From Octopus bimaculoides (Eukaryota): a stretch of DNA of 36,821 nucleotides. A program made the translations under genes and the position numbers. Position 1 is the stretch's first letter; the number at the start of each line of letters is the position of its first letter. The DNA is taken from the NCBI RefSeq assembly GCF_001194135.2, contig NC_068992.1:25811595-25848415 (forward strand). Direction: 5' to 3'. The notes under the pieces are model-generated. The model was given only the letters and a program-made list of their open reading frames with translations, did no database searches and was not told the origin of the DNA. Of the stretch, positions 25,758 to 36,200 are shown in pieces.

Positions 25758-26867
25758 TATATATGTTTCTGTGTGTGTGTGTGTGTGTGTGTCTGTGTCT
25801 GTGTGTATGTATGTGTAAAGGAACCTATTTCTATAGATGTTAAAGCGCCACATGAAATGCTTTGATATTTTCCTCCCGTCTATCTGGTTTATGCCTTCGA
25901 ATCACTTTGAGATCGAGTCTGCTTTTCAGAAATTAGGAATCAATGCATAAAATCAAAGCCCATTAATCTCGTTGAGTTTTCTCTTTTTCTTTCGTTCTCA
26001 ATGGAAAAAAAATCGCCTTTGGTTAGAATCGACAAAAGACACGGTAATTGCGATATTTACATTTTCAAGCTCCTACCACTTCGTCGGAGGTTGAAGAACC
26101 AACGCAAAACAAGCTTATTAATATTTGCATCGAACATACAAATAGGCAGACAGCAGTTTTTTAATATTGTCGTAAGATTAATGTAATGATTGTTTAATCG
26201 TCAGCTTTGATGGACTACATTTAAACGAGACATAGTAACCTAAGTTAACATTTTACGAATGAGCTAATGAGTTTACATGTACACCAAATACATCGTTATA
26301 ACCTGCTTGAAATAACATTCAAATTTCTCTCGCATCTCATCATGCAGTCTTTCTAAATCGAATGTCACATGAAATAAATTATTTACTCTGTGTACTTTAA
26401 AAAGTAAAAGTGTTTCCGGCAGGAATGCTATTCATCAAGGTTTTCTGGGTAAGGGCTGGTCCGATCTTCATTAAAATCAACAACAATATTTTACTTAAAT
26501 ATTCACAGCATGCGTCATAAATTATATGCTTTTATGACTTGCAAATATATTCTATTAGCGTCTATAGATAAAAGATATGAGAATAAAATTTCAGTGTAAA
26601 ACAGCATTCTATAAAGGTATTTCACCATCAAAGAGTCATATTTCCTGTCGGGCCTTTAGTCAGTTCCGGTTGAAAGTACTATTTACTTTCCTATGAGTCA
26701 ACCCTTTCCAAGAGCAAACAACATTAGAGGGAAAGTAAGCAGGATGGATACATTCAAATAACAACAGGAGAAATCAATTATTGATAATAGTGTCTACATT
26801 GAAACACTGCAGTTTTTTATTCTTTGTTTTTTTTTTTATGAGAACCGATCTGTTTATCTGATTCTGT

Positions 26868-26909
26868 GTCTTTCTTTCTTTCTCTCTCTTTCACACACAC
26901 ACTCTCTCC

Positions 26910-26940
<31 letters not shown>

Positions 26941-26944
26941 TCTA

Positions 26945-26980
<36 letters not shown>

Positions 26981-27025
26981 AACCTCATCCGAATGCACGA
27001 ACACACATACACTACACACGCATAA

Positions 27026-27063
<38 letters not shown>

Positions 27064-27160
27064 AAGAGGGAGACACACAGAGACAGAGACAGACAGACAG
27101 TCAAAGAGACAGTCAGACAAGGAGACAGTGAGAGAGACAGAGTCAGTGTAAGAGAGAAAA
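26868..27160. repeat. (CT)n / (GA)n / GACA-type microsatellites
   Basis: Direct reading; facing CT and GA tracts. Confidence 0.93.
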
Positions 27161-27324
27161 GCAGATTATATATTTATCCGAACTTCAGTCACTACTCGGA
27201 GTATATCTTCCCTACCCGACACTCCCCCGGCTTGACAAGAATCGACAAAATTGTTCCGCGTATATATAGGCGCAAAAGTGGCAAGTATGTGTGTGTGTGT
27301 GTATGTATGTATGTGTGTGTATGT

Positions 27325-27541
27325 GTTTCTGTGTCTGTGTTTGAACCCTCAACATTAACATTACTTTTCAACCGATGGTGGTGTGTCTACGTCCCTGTTG
27401 CATAGCGGTTCGGCAAAACAAACCGATAGAATATGTACTAGGCTTACAAAGACTATGTCCGGGGGTCGATTTGCTCGACTAAAGGTGGTGCTACAGCATG
27501 GCCGCAGTCAATTGACTGAAACATTGAAAGTGTAAAGAATA
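27325..27541 (+). mobile_element. SINE family C body and tail
   Basis: AACCGATGGTGGTGTGTCTACGTCCC...TAGCGGTTCGGCAAAA...GGGGTCGATTTGCTCGACTAAAGGTGGTGCTACAGCATGGCCGCAGTCAATTGACTGAAAC. Confidence 0.9.
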
Positions 27542-27555
27542 TATGTATGATATGT

Positions 27556-28253
27556 ATTATCGACCGCACATACTCAACGTATGTTTTGTTTGTTCGCCGG
27601 TTCTCTACGGTATTGAGCCTTGGAGAGCAATCTTTCATAGCACTGGCCATTGAATGATAGGCATACGAGAAAACTCAGGCGAGATGTATGCCGGCAATTT
27701 TGCAATTTTGTGACTTGGCAGCAAAGGTACCTGAACCGAACCGGGAACTAACCGATTCGCCCTCTATGACTGTATACAAAAAAATGTGTAAACCATTTTC
27801 TGATGGGACACAGCAATGCATACTCAACATTAAATTCAATTACGAATTAAAAGCAGTGCTATTTTTGTAAACATTATCGACCTCACATGCTGAACGCATG
27901 TGTTTTTGTTCGCTCGCCTGTTCACTGCGAAATTGCGCTTTGAGAAAGATTTCCTCATAGCAAATGTTTCCATCCCCATTTCTATATTGTCATAAACTGG
28001 TGGCTCGATCCGTATCCAGTTCGATTCCAGTACGTGATTTCGATAAACCTCAAAAATGGTGAAATATTTATATCTCTCACTCCTAAATGGGATTGGCAAG
28101 GGATTTTCTCACCTGTCTATGCCTTCCATGTGTTTTAACATCCATTTCTCTGAAGCAGTCGTTCTCAAGGCGCTGTACCCCAGTGAATCGGCGAACAAGC
28201 AATAGACATTCACTCAGCATGTACACTCGATAAAATTTATAACACTACCGCTG
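27556..28253. mobile_element. Foldback/MITE-like non-autonomous DNA element with long imperfect inverted repeats
   Basis: Motif R at 27556-27605 and 27873-27925, inverted at 28183-28233. Motif M at 27731-27798, inverted at ~27962-28033. Right end CCGCTG followed by TA. Confidence 0.6.
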
Positions 28254-28279
28254 TATATTTGTAATTGAATATAGATATA

Positions 28280-28867
28280 AGTGTCGCCTGAATTAATTCT
28301 CTGAACTGTGGTCGCTGCAGAGCGTAAAACTTGTGGAGAAACTTGAGGCAATCCTGTAACAATATGCTAATAATGTTGACTCGGTGAAACAGATGAGCTA
28401 CTGAGCGAGGTTAACGGAAATGAAACGCTATTCTCGAGAGAGGTGTCAAACGTGTACAGTGATATACATATGTGTGATCCTGGAACGTTGGGGTTGAAAG
28501 CAATACTAACCACTGAACTGGACGGCACTGCATAGTACCAAACATCCCGTCGTCCTCATCTCGAATAAAGACCCTGTACTGTAACAGCTTGGGATTTAAG
28601 GATCCTGAACTGTTCGACATTCTGCCAAAAAACCTCAGAGATTTGCCAGATATAGATGTGGATGTTCTCAATTGCGATGGACAAATTCTTATTTAACATA
28701 CCAGTTGAACCCATATCGTGGTAGAAGGCGAAAAGGAGAGACCTCCGTTCAGCTCGCTTTTCCACCAAAAGCAATAGAAGGAAGAAACCCGAAAACTTTG
28801 TAAGGCGGTGGTCCAGTATGGTCCCTTCCTCTGGTTGAAACCTGTGAAAGGTAAAAGATAAAAGATA
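28280..28867 (+). mobile_element. Decayed 3' end of a CR1-like LINE (post-RT C-terminus and 3' UTR)
   Basis: SELWSLQSVKLVEKLEAIL*QYANNVDSVKQMSY*ARLTEMKRYSRER...VIYI..ILE.. / TGRHCIVPNIPSSSSRIKTLYCNSLGFKDPELFDILPKNLRDL... / DKFLFNIPVEP, then a tail ending TAAAAGATAAAAGATA. Confidence 0.82.
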
Positions 28868-30329
28868 TATTTATGTATGCGTAGTTCGCAGTTCTTGACG
28901 TCATCATCAATCTAGGTAATGAAAATAAACAACACTTTCCGTCGCCACATATTGTAAATGATCTCCAACAACTTTGGAGGATTTATATCCTGTCGAATAC
29001 TGCATTTCTCACAACATTGAAGCAGACAGCTGCGCTGTTGATGACTATTCAATTCTCATTGAGTAATTACGAGATCAAAATAGTTCCAGTTGTAAATATA
29101 CCGTCTAATTTTTCTGCAAATATAGTTCATCCATTCTTGTCTGATGAATGCTTTTATTTTTTTTCGATTTCGAAGAAGACAGGAGGTACAGTGAAGGGAT
29201 ATTTAACTGGTATTTCTAGGAAATCAAACATCTACATAGAGGTTTCTTTATTAGCTGGTTTTGTTGAACAATCTTAAGGAACAATTTAACCGACTGAGCT
29301 CATTTAAAATATGTTATCTCGTGTAAGATATCTATACTTAAAGTAATCGGGAATAACATTTGGAAATACAAGCACACGGGACTAAACTCGAACAGCAACG
29401 TAACATGACAAATACCTTTAAAATTTTAGCAATTTATTCGTTTTAATAAATCGATTGTATATAGTTTCACATGCGTCTTATTTAATATTTCATTTGAGTA
29501 TTGGTTTTTTACGAGCTTTTAAAGAGGTTATATACTTTCAAATATATTCTCTGAGACCGTCGTAAAGTCGGATAAATCAACTGAAGATGAGACTCATCTT
29601 AGGCATTTTTTTCATGAAAATAGAGAACGACGTTAAGTTGAATGAAGCTTATCTCGAAATGACGTAAGTTGAGGTATGCCTGCATACAAATAATTGATAA
29701 TAAAATTTGTTAATAACTCTTTGACTAATATGATAATTTATTCAAACCTGATATGTTGCCTCATATCAGAGGCTGAATGTTTGAGATTTATGAAAACAAG
29801 CTAAACATAAAACGAGCAAGTAACGGAAGAGGCATCAGCCATAATACATAAATTTCTATTGTGTGTATAACTCCAGTGAATAGAAGTAATTAAGATTGTT
29901 TTCTAACTCCGGCAAAAGCCAATGGAACTAATTATTATTAATAACATTTAATTCGTGTTAAAATAACGAACGAAGCGAGTTTCACGCCACTCGTAACATT
30001 TATATAATATATTTGTTTATCAATCAAATCTGATTAAATCGAAGTAAACATAACTTGAATTATACCAACATAAATTTTACTTCACATAATTTTTTACTTC
30101 ATGAGATGTTTTTTTCCACATTTTTAAACACAGTAGCATTTTATTAAAAAGGATCTTGTGATATAAATATTGAATTATAAAGGAAGTAATGTTTACATTA
30201 AGTAACACAGATTTATGCTAAGCAGTATATGTTATTTTCTAATTACATGTGATAAAATGTATAGAAAATTACTAATATTGACTTTAAAATTTGCTCTTGT
30301 AATTTCAATAATAGTATTTACATTTTGAC

Positions 30330-30381
30330 TCATTTTCTCTGCGATAACGGTCGATCTTGCGCATCTTCATTCACATATGGC
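30330..30381 (-). CDS. Candidate terminal coding exon of an unidentified minus-strand host gene
   Basis: Acceptor TATCTATTTCTTTTTCAG|G, then CCA TAT GTG AAT GAA GAT GCG CAA GAT CGA CCG TTA TCG CAG AGA AAA TGA (PYVNEDAQDRPLSQRK*), a GC-richer island before very AT-rich sequence. No partner exon identified. Confidence 0.28.
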
Positions 30382-30714
30382 CTGAAAAAGAAATAGATAT
30401 AAATCAATATTCTGTTGTGTTTTATATGTGTGTATACTTAGGTTTTACAAAAAGGTATTAAAGAAAAAATTGGAAGCTATTATTTCTGAGATTTTCGAAT
30501 ATTTTGTAAACACCTTCCAGCAATTAAGCGCATAGTGTTGCAACATATTATCATTGGACGAGCATGAGGAGCAGTGCTCAACACAATATTTCACTTCGGT
30601 AGGATATGAACTTAAACGATGAAGAGTTGGAATTTATATTGTATTCATGTTTTGTTATCCGACGCTCAAATAACTCTGCTAATCCAGAAGAGTATACGAA
30701 ATATTTCAAACACA

Positions 30715-31910
30715 TGTTGAGAAATTTAGGTAAAGTGTTGTGTCGATTAAATCGACCTCAGTTTTTTTATCGGTGAAAAAAATAACGCTGACCTCGGAGC
30801 AACTTGAAGATTCAAGAGCCGGAAACATACCGGAATGCAATATGTCCATAGTCGTCATTACGGTACTACATTTCATCGAATTTGGAATAAGGCAAGGCAA
30901 AGTTGACCACTGTGGTATTTGAACACAGAAAGTAAACAAACAGAAGAATTGCCACGAAACACGTTGTCAGACAAGCTAACGATTTTTTCAATATTGCCAG
31001 CTCAATGACTCTTGCTAATGTTAGTCTAACAATTTTGAGAGGAGGGGAAAGTTTAATTATGCCTACTCCAGTACTTGACTAGTACTTTTTTTATCGATCC
31101 AAAAGAAAGAAATGCGTATTCTGCCTCGGGGGAAAGTCGAACTCAGAACATATAAAACCAGAAGAAATGTCTGTGTACATTTTCCCCGACACTCAAATGA
31201 ATCCCTCAGCACACCTCCTAAGAGGTCCTTTCTGCTATAGACATAAAGACTTGAAATTTTGCTCAACTAAAACTAGATCAATTCAGATATGATGATTGTC
31301 AGACTTCGCGGAGTTTGAACTCAGAACGTAAAGACGGACGAAACGCCGATAAGCATATTGTCCGGTGTGCTAATGATTCTATTAACATACTGCCATCATG
31401 ATAATAATAAACATTTCTGCTATGAATACCAGGCCTGTAATTTCGGTTGGAGGGGTTAGTTGATCACATTCATCTCAGTGATCGATTGTACTCCTTTTCT
31501 CGACGCCGGAATGATGAAAGGCAATGTTGACTTCGGCGGAAAGTAATAAGTGAACGAAATGCCGCTAAACATGTTTCCCGGCGTAGCAATACTAATAAGT
31601 ATTTGAAATTTAGGCCCAAGGCCTAAGGAGACGGGGGGGGGCGAGATTATTACATTGACCATGTTGTCCATCTGGTACTTTGTTTTATCGATCTGGAAAT
31701 CTTCAGTGAAATCAGTAATTATAATTGCTTCAATTTTCTGGCTTAAGACCAGTAATTGGAAAGGTACTTGTCGGTTTAATCGACAGTAATGCCTGGCTGC
31801 TACTTTATTTTATCGAGTCAAAAGGATTAATGGCAAAGTTGACCTTCGTGGTATCTTAATTCAGAACGTATTGCGTCAGAGAAAAGTGCAGCTAAGCCTA
31901 TTTTTAGACG
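30715..31910 (-). mobile_element. Stack of about seven old, co-oriented SINE family A fragments
   Basis: Recurring GGCAAAGTTGAC / TTGAAC.CAGAAC / TCGAT..AATCGAC motifs near 30740, 30890, 31080, 31310, 31510, 31620 and 31840. Confidence 0.78.
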
Positions 31911-31912
31911 CA

Positions 31913-33234
31913 CGACGTGGTACCCAATAGAAACCAGAAGTTTGCAATACTTTATTCACTCACATTTACATGTTTATGCTTTTATCACTTTGAAAGTATT
32001 CCCCATTTGAAGCAATGCAACGGTCCAGGCAGGTTTTCCATTGTTCGAAACAATCCTAGAAATCTTGCGAGGTGAGGCCTTTTAACGCCTCCGTCTTTTT
32101 TATTTTTTTGTCCTCACCTCTTCCTCATCTGCAAAACCTTTCGCTTTTGTTCATTCGAGGGAAGGAACAAGAACTGTCGCAGAGAGCAAGGTCAGGTGAA
32201 AAGTGAGAGTGGATAAGCAGGATCATGCCATTTTTGGTCAAAAACTTTCTTACACTTAAAGTGATTGCACAGGAACATTGTTGTGATGAAATCACCACTC
32301 TCCACTTTGTCAGAGGTCGGAGCGTTTTCGTCTCAATGTGTCTCGCAAACTCTTCAGAGAACTGCGAAGAAAAATCTCCGGCTAACAGTTTGACCAGGAG
32401 GAAAGGTTCTGTGTGGACAATTCCTTATGCATCGATGAAACAAATCAACATCATCATCACATTGGACTCAACTTGACGCACTTATGGGGACGTGGTGACA
32501 TTGAATGCTTCGATTGACTTGATTGCTGCTTTGTTTCGGATTGCAGCAATAGCAACAGTTTTCGTTACTAGTGATGATCTTCGAAAAGAGACCCGGGTCA
32601 ACTTCTGACTCTTCTTTCAGTACAAGACACGCATTCAGTCGTGACTACTTTTGATCTTCCCTGAGCAAGTGAAGCACAAATTTTGCTGCAAATCTCTTCT
32701 TTCGCAATTCCTTGCTCAAAGTTCATTGGCAGAAGCTCATAGAACACACTTGCAATATCACCAAGTTCGTCAATTTCTGAGTGACAAACATCCAAGATCA
32801 GTTCAGGAATTTTCTTGAGGTTTTCATTCGTTCGACGGAGTTCGGCGATCACCCTGAACAAGGTTGGTCTTCAAAGGGCAGGTGACCATTCCTAAAGCGT
32901 AAAAACTACTGGTAAAGTTCTGTTTTGCTCACGGCAGCTTCCTTTTAAATTGTTTAAAGCATGTCAACTGTTTCAGGCGCCATTTTTCCAAGCGGAAAAC
33001 AGAATTTCATGGAAACATGCTGTTCCTTCGTTCCAGGCATCGCGAAAATCGACGAACAACGGAGAAGCACTGTGAAACAAAGACTACTACGTGGCAATAC
33101 GATCTCAAACGACGACGCCAGTCGGCAGACTGACGCCTGAAAGATGCATCAAGTGGTTTCTAGCGGCGGAAGCTCGAACTACTACGGATTTGTCCCACAG
33201 AGAACATTTCCGGTTACTTTTGGGTACCTCCTCG
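31913..33234 (-). mobile_element. Full-length (~1.32 kb) decayed mariner transposon with TIRs
   Basis: TIRs CGACGTGGTACCCAATAGAAACCAGAA (31913-31939) and CGAGGAGGTACCCAAAAGTAACCGGAA (minus, 33234-33208). TA at 33235-33236, CA at 31911-31912. Confidence 0.93.
31974..33040 (-). pseudogene. Mariner transposase pseudogene
   Basis: MPGTKEQHVSMKFCF...RTNENLKKIPELIL...AAKFVLHLL...KIITSNENCCY (TGDETW position)...W*FHHNNVP (HDNA position)...HSHFSPDLALCD (YSPDLAPxD)...CFEQWKTCLDRCIASNGEYF. Many stops and frameshifts; the first two catalytic Asp now read Asn. Confidence 0.9.
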
Positions 33235-33236
33235 TA

Positions 33237-33360
33237 CTAACGATTCTGCGAAGTCGCCGCCTTAGTTAATAAACATAAGAATAATAATAATAATCATTTC
33301 ATGCTTTTGCACAAGGGCAGAAAGTTCAGGGGAGGAGAAAGTTGGTTACGTCGTCCTCAG
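33237..33360 (-). mobile_element. Remainder of the SINE A head split by the mariner, plus another SINE A tail fragment
   Basis: CTAACGATTCTGCGAAGTCGCCGCCTTA (33237-33264) continues the SINE interrupted at 31910. GCACAAGGGCAGAAAGTTCAGGGGAGG follows a short (AAT)n. Confidence 0.8.
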
Positions 33361-33391
33361 TTCTGTATTGGCACTTCACGCCTCCTAATAG

Positions 33392-33453
<62 letters not shown>

Positions 33454-33454
<1 letters not shown>

Positions 33455-33699
33455 GGGTCACTGAAAGGCGGTAGTAGTAATTTTCGGAGCCGTGAGAACA
33501 GTGAGTAAAAATCTTGAGAAGGGCATGGAACAAATAGGGGCTGCAATAACGGTGGAGCACTTACAGAAAATAACACTGCTTGGAACCGTTCGAATACTCC
33601 GGATGGTGCTCGAAAAATAAGGGCTGTTACCTTAGTTCACTGGTAGTGAACAGCTGACAACGTAGTACATGTCCAGCGTTAGAAGCTGTGCAAAATCAA

Positions 33700-33702
<3 letters not shown>
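33454..33702 (+). mobile_element. Short 5'-truncated R4/Dong-like fragment, same family as 110-617, between (TAA)n tracts
   Basis: GAACAAATAGGGGCTGCAATA.GGTGGAGCACTT.CAGAAA...CTGCTTGGAACCG..CGAA and 3' UTR CCTTAGTTCACTGGTAGTGAACAGCTGACA...GTTAGAAGCT.TGCAAA..CAATGA shared with 110-330. (TAA)n at 33392-33453 and 33702-33790. Confidence 0.92.
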
Positions 33703-33775
<73 letters not shown>

Positions 33776-35914
33776 TAATAGTAATAATAATCTTTTCCAC
33801 GATAGGTACTGGTCTGAAGTTTTAGGGTATGACCCCAGCACAATAACAACAAAAACAACTCACTAAGTCAGGAGTATACCAGAAAGTCAATATAATTTTG
33901 TTCTGAATATAATGACAAAGAGTCCCTTCTGATAAATTGAACAAATGTAACATGAATCTGATAGAAATCAACTATGTTACGCCTAAAAATGCAATAAGAG
34001 TTGTCGTCTTTCTTCTCAGTTCAAAACAACCAAATGCTCAGCAATATCTTACATATGTATTCTGCTATATCAATTTTAATGACGCCAATACAGTAAGAAT
34101 TTTGGCTTTCTTTCAAGAGTTAGTACTATTCTCGAGAAGAGTAAAAATCGATTATACAATGAAAGATATTTGCTAAATAAAATCCGTAAAACTAAAGTTT
34201 AATGAAACATTTGAACATCTGGGATTTTGTTTTCGTGACCATAAACATCGACTCGAAAATATTTTAATTCTATTTTACTGTGAAAATAATGTTCCAGTAA
34301 AAAAAAAAAAAGGAATACATTTGATAATTTTATTGATACAGCTCTCGAAATCAATTTCAATATCGGTGAAAAAAATTTGATTTTAATATGCTATCAATCT
34401 ATTATTAGTCTGACTGTTTATAAACTATTAATCTATTAACAATATTTGATGATAGAGTGAAGTGAAATCTAAGGCCGATACTGTGAGACTGACAGATAAA
34501 AAGATGACAAATAACGAATCAATAAAAATCAAAAAAAAAATATATATATGTGTAATTTTTATAGCGAGGGGGAAAGGAGGAAACGAACTCCACTACCATC
34601 ACTTCCGCCAGAAATAAACTGACCTCAACAGAGAAAATGTTTAACTAATAAAAGGAAAAAATATACACGAATGAAATAAATACGGTAAAAGAAAAATAAC
34701 ACAGACCCGCTCCATCCACGAGCGAAGCGGGAGGAGGAGAAGAAATACGAAAATTATATAAATGAAATGAAGTAGAGTGAAGAACGGTAAAGGGAAAAGC
34801 AAAAAATAACTGGAAAATACTTTTTAATAAGGAAAAAAACAATAACAACAACAACAGGAATAATAGTAATGATAATAATAGTAATAATAATATAAGAGGA
34901 CCTCCCTCTCATTCATATCCTTGTGTGAATGAGTCAGATATAACTCATTATAGCTAGACATCACTTTTATATCGATATTGAACGGAAATGTACAAAGAGA
35001 TAACCCCCGAATGTATATAAAAAAACAATCACACACACACAACTGAAATGCAGATGCAATAAATTAAAGAAAGAAAGGAACAAGAAAAATGGAAATAAAA
35101 ATAGTGAAAAATAAATAAGCGAACTTCCAAAAAAAAAAATACTACAAGAATTTAAATAGCGAAGGAAAAAGTAAAGTAATATGAATAGAGATTAGCTGTA
35201 ATGATCATATCAGTGGATTTAGAAAACAAATTATTTCAACCGAGGCATTTACGAACGCTATGTACTTGTGGTTGAGATATTGGGCGCCACTCCGTTGCTA
35301 AGTGGCTCGGATCGGGTCTGGGATTTTCCATGTTCAAACAGGTGTTTCGATGATTTATTGAAGCAATTATTTATGTTTAAACAGTTCTGACTCATTGTTT
35401 GCATGTAACTATTTCCCGATACACGTTGTTTTTTTTCTTTTATATTATTCTCTGCCAAGTGAGAGTGGTAGAGATGACTGAGGTGGTTCTCTTGCCGCTG
35501 AATACCGATTCAACTAGACTTCATTGATTTATCGCTGTTGTAATATTTTCTCATACAAATTTGTGCTTTATGTATTATAAAACAATATAAGTTTCAATTA
35601 AGTGTTCGGAGCTCTATTTCACGAGATAGTTGTTGCAGGGACCAATGCTAGATTTTGGTGCAAAACTGCAATAGCACCATGTAATTTAAATTTTTTATTG
35701 GAGATGTAATGCATGTGACAACATCTGTTTTTGATTCCTGTGCATCCATACTTATATAGATTTGTCAAACATATTAGTAGGTAGACATGTGAAGCTTTAG
35801 ATTTAGAAGAGTTCCATCGGAAGTAAATTGCTAAAATTATATTCCATTCCGATGCATTCGCTACAATATTGTTATATATATTTGAAACGAATTTTCAAAA
35901 CAGAATGTATCAAA

Positions 35915-36111
35915 TACAGTTCTATATTTAAGAGATGAGGAATTATGTACGTTATTTACATTATTTACATTTGACTGATATTTGTCCTCATCTTGTTTGT
36001 TGTCAACACAACGTTTCGGTTGATATACCCTCCAGCCTTCATCAGGTGTCTTGGGGAAATTTTCGAACCTGAGTTCTCATTCCTAAGGTATTTTTTGCTG
36101 ATGATTATTAT
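35915..36111 (-). mobile_element. Dispersed hammerhead-containing repeat (Penelope-like / retrozyme-like)
   Basis: Second copy at 25661-25757. Carries the hammerhead motif followed by a (TGTAAATAA)-type short tandem tail. Confidence 0.7.
36005..36050 (-). ncRNA. Minimal type I hammerhead ribozyme motif
   Basis: GACAC-CUGAUGA-A-GGCUG-(GAGGGUAUAU)-CAACC-GAA-ACGU-U-GUGUU. Intact CUGAUGA/GAAA core, 5-bp stem I (GACAC/GUGUU), stem II with one C-A mismatch, palindromic ACGU stem III, GUU cleavage triplet. Confidence 0.78.
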
Positions 36112-36115
36112 ATGA

Positions 36116-36118
<3 letters not shown>

Positions 36119-36198
<80 letters not shown>
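36119..36198. repeat. (TAA)n microsatellite at the 5' junction of an R4/Dong-like element
   Basis: Direct reading. Confidence 0.98.

Positions 36199-36200
<2 letters not shown>

Noticed and set aside
26077-26150. Candidate plus-strand exon PTTSSEVEEPTQNK after TTTTCAAG
   Set aside because: No GT donor at a sensible position and no supporting exons.
29581-29602. CTGAAGATGAG...CTCATCTT hairpin resembling a hammerhead start
   Set aside because: No GAAA after the stem; a simple short palindrome.
32323-32358. Hammerhead-like CUGAAGA-GUUU...AGAC-GAAA on the minus strand
   Set aside because: Lies inside the mariner transposase coding sequence; no stem I/III or UH site; chance match.
35258-35458. 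66-aa minus ORF MAENNIKEKK... as a first coding exon
   Set aside because: Starts at TTG rather than ATG; no recognisable homology.
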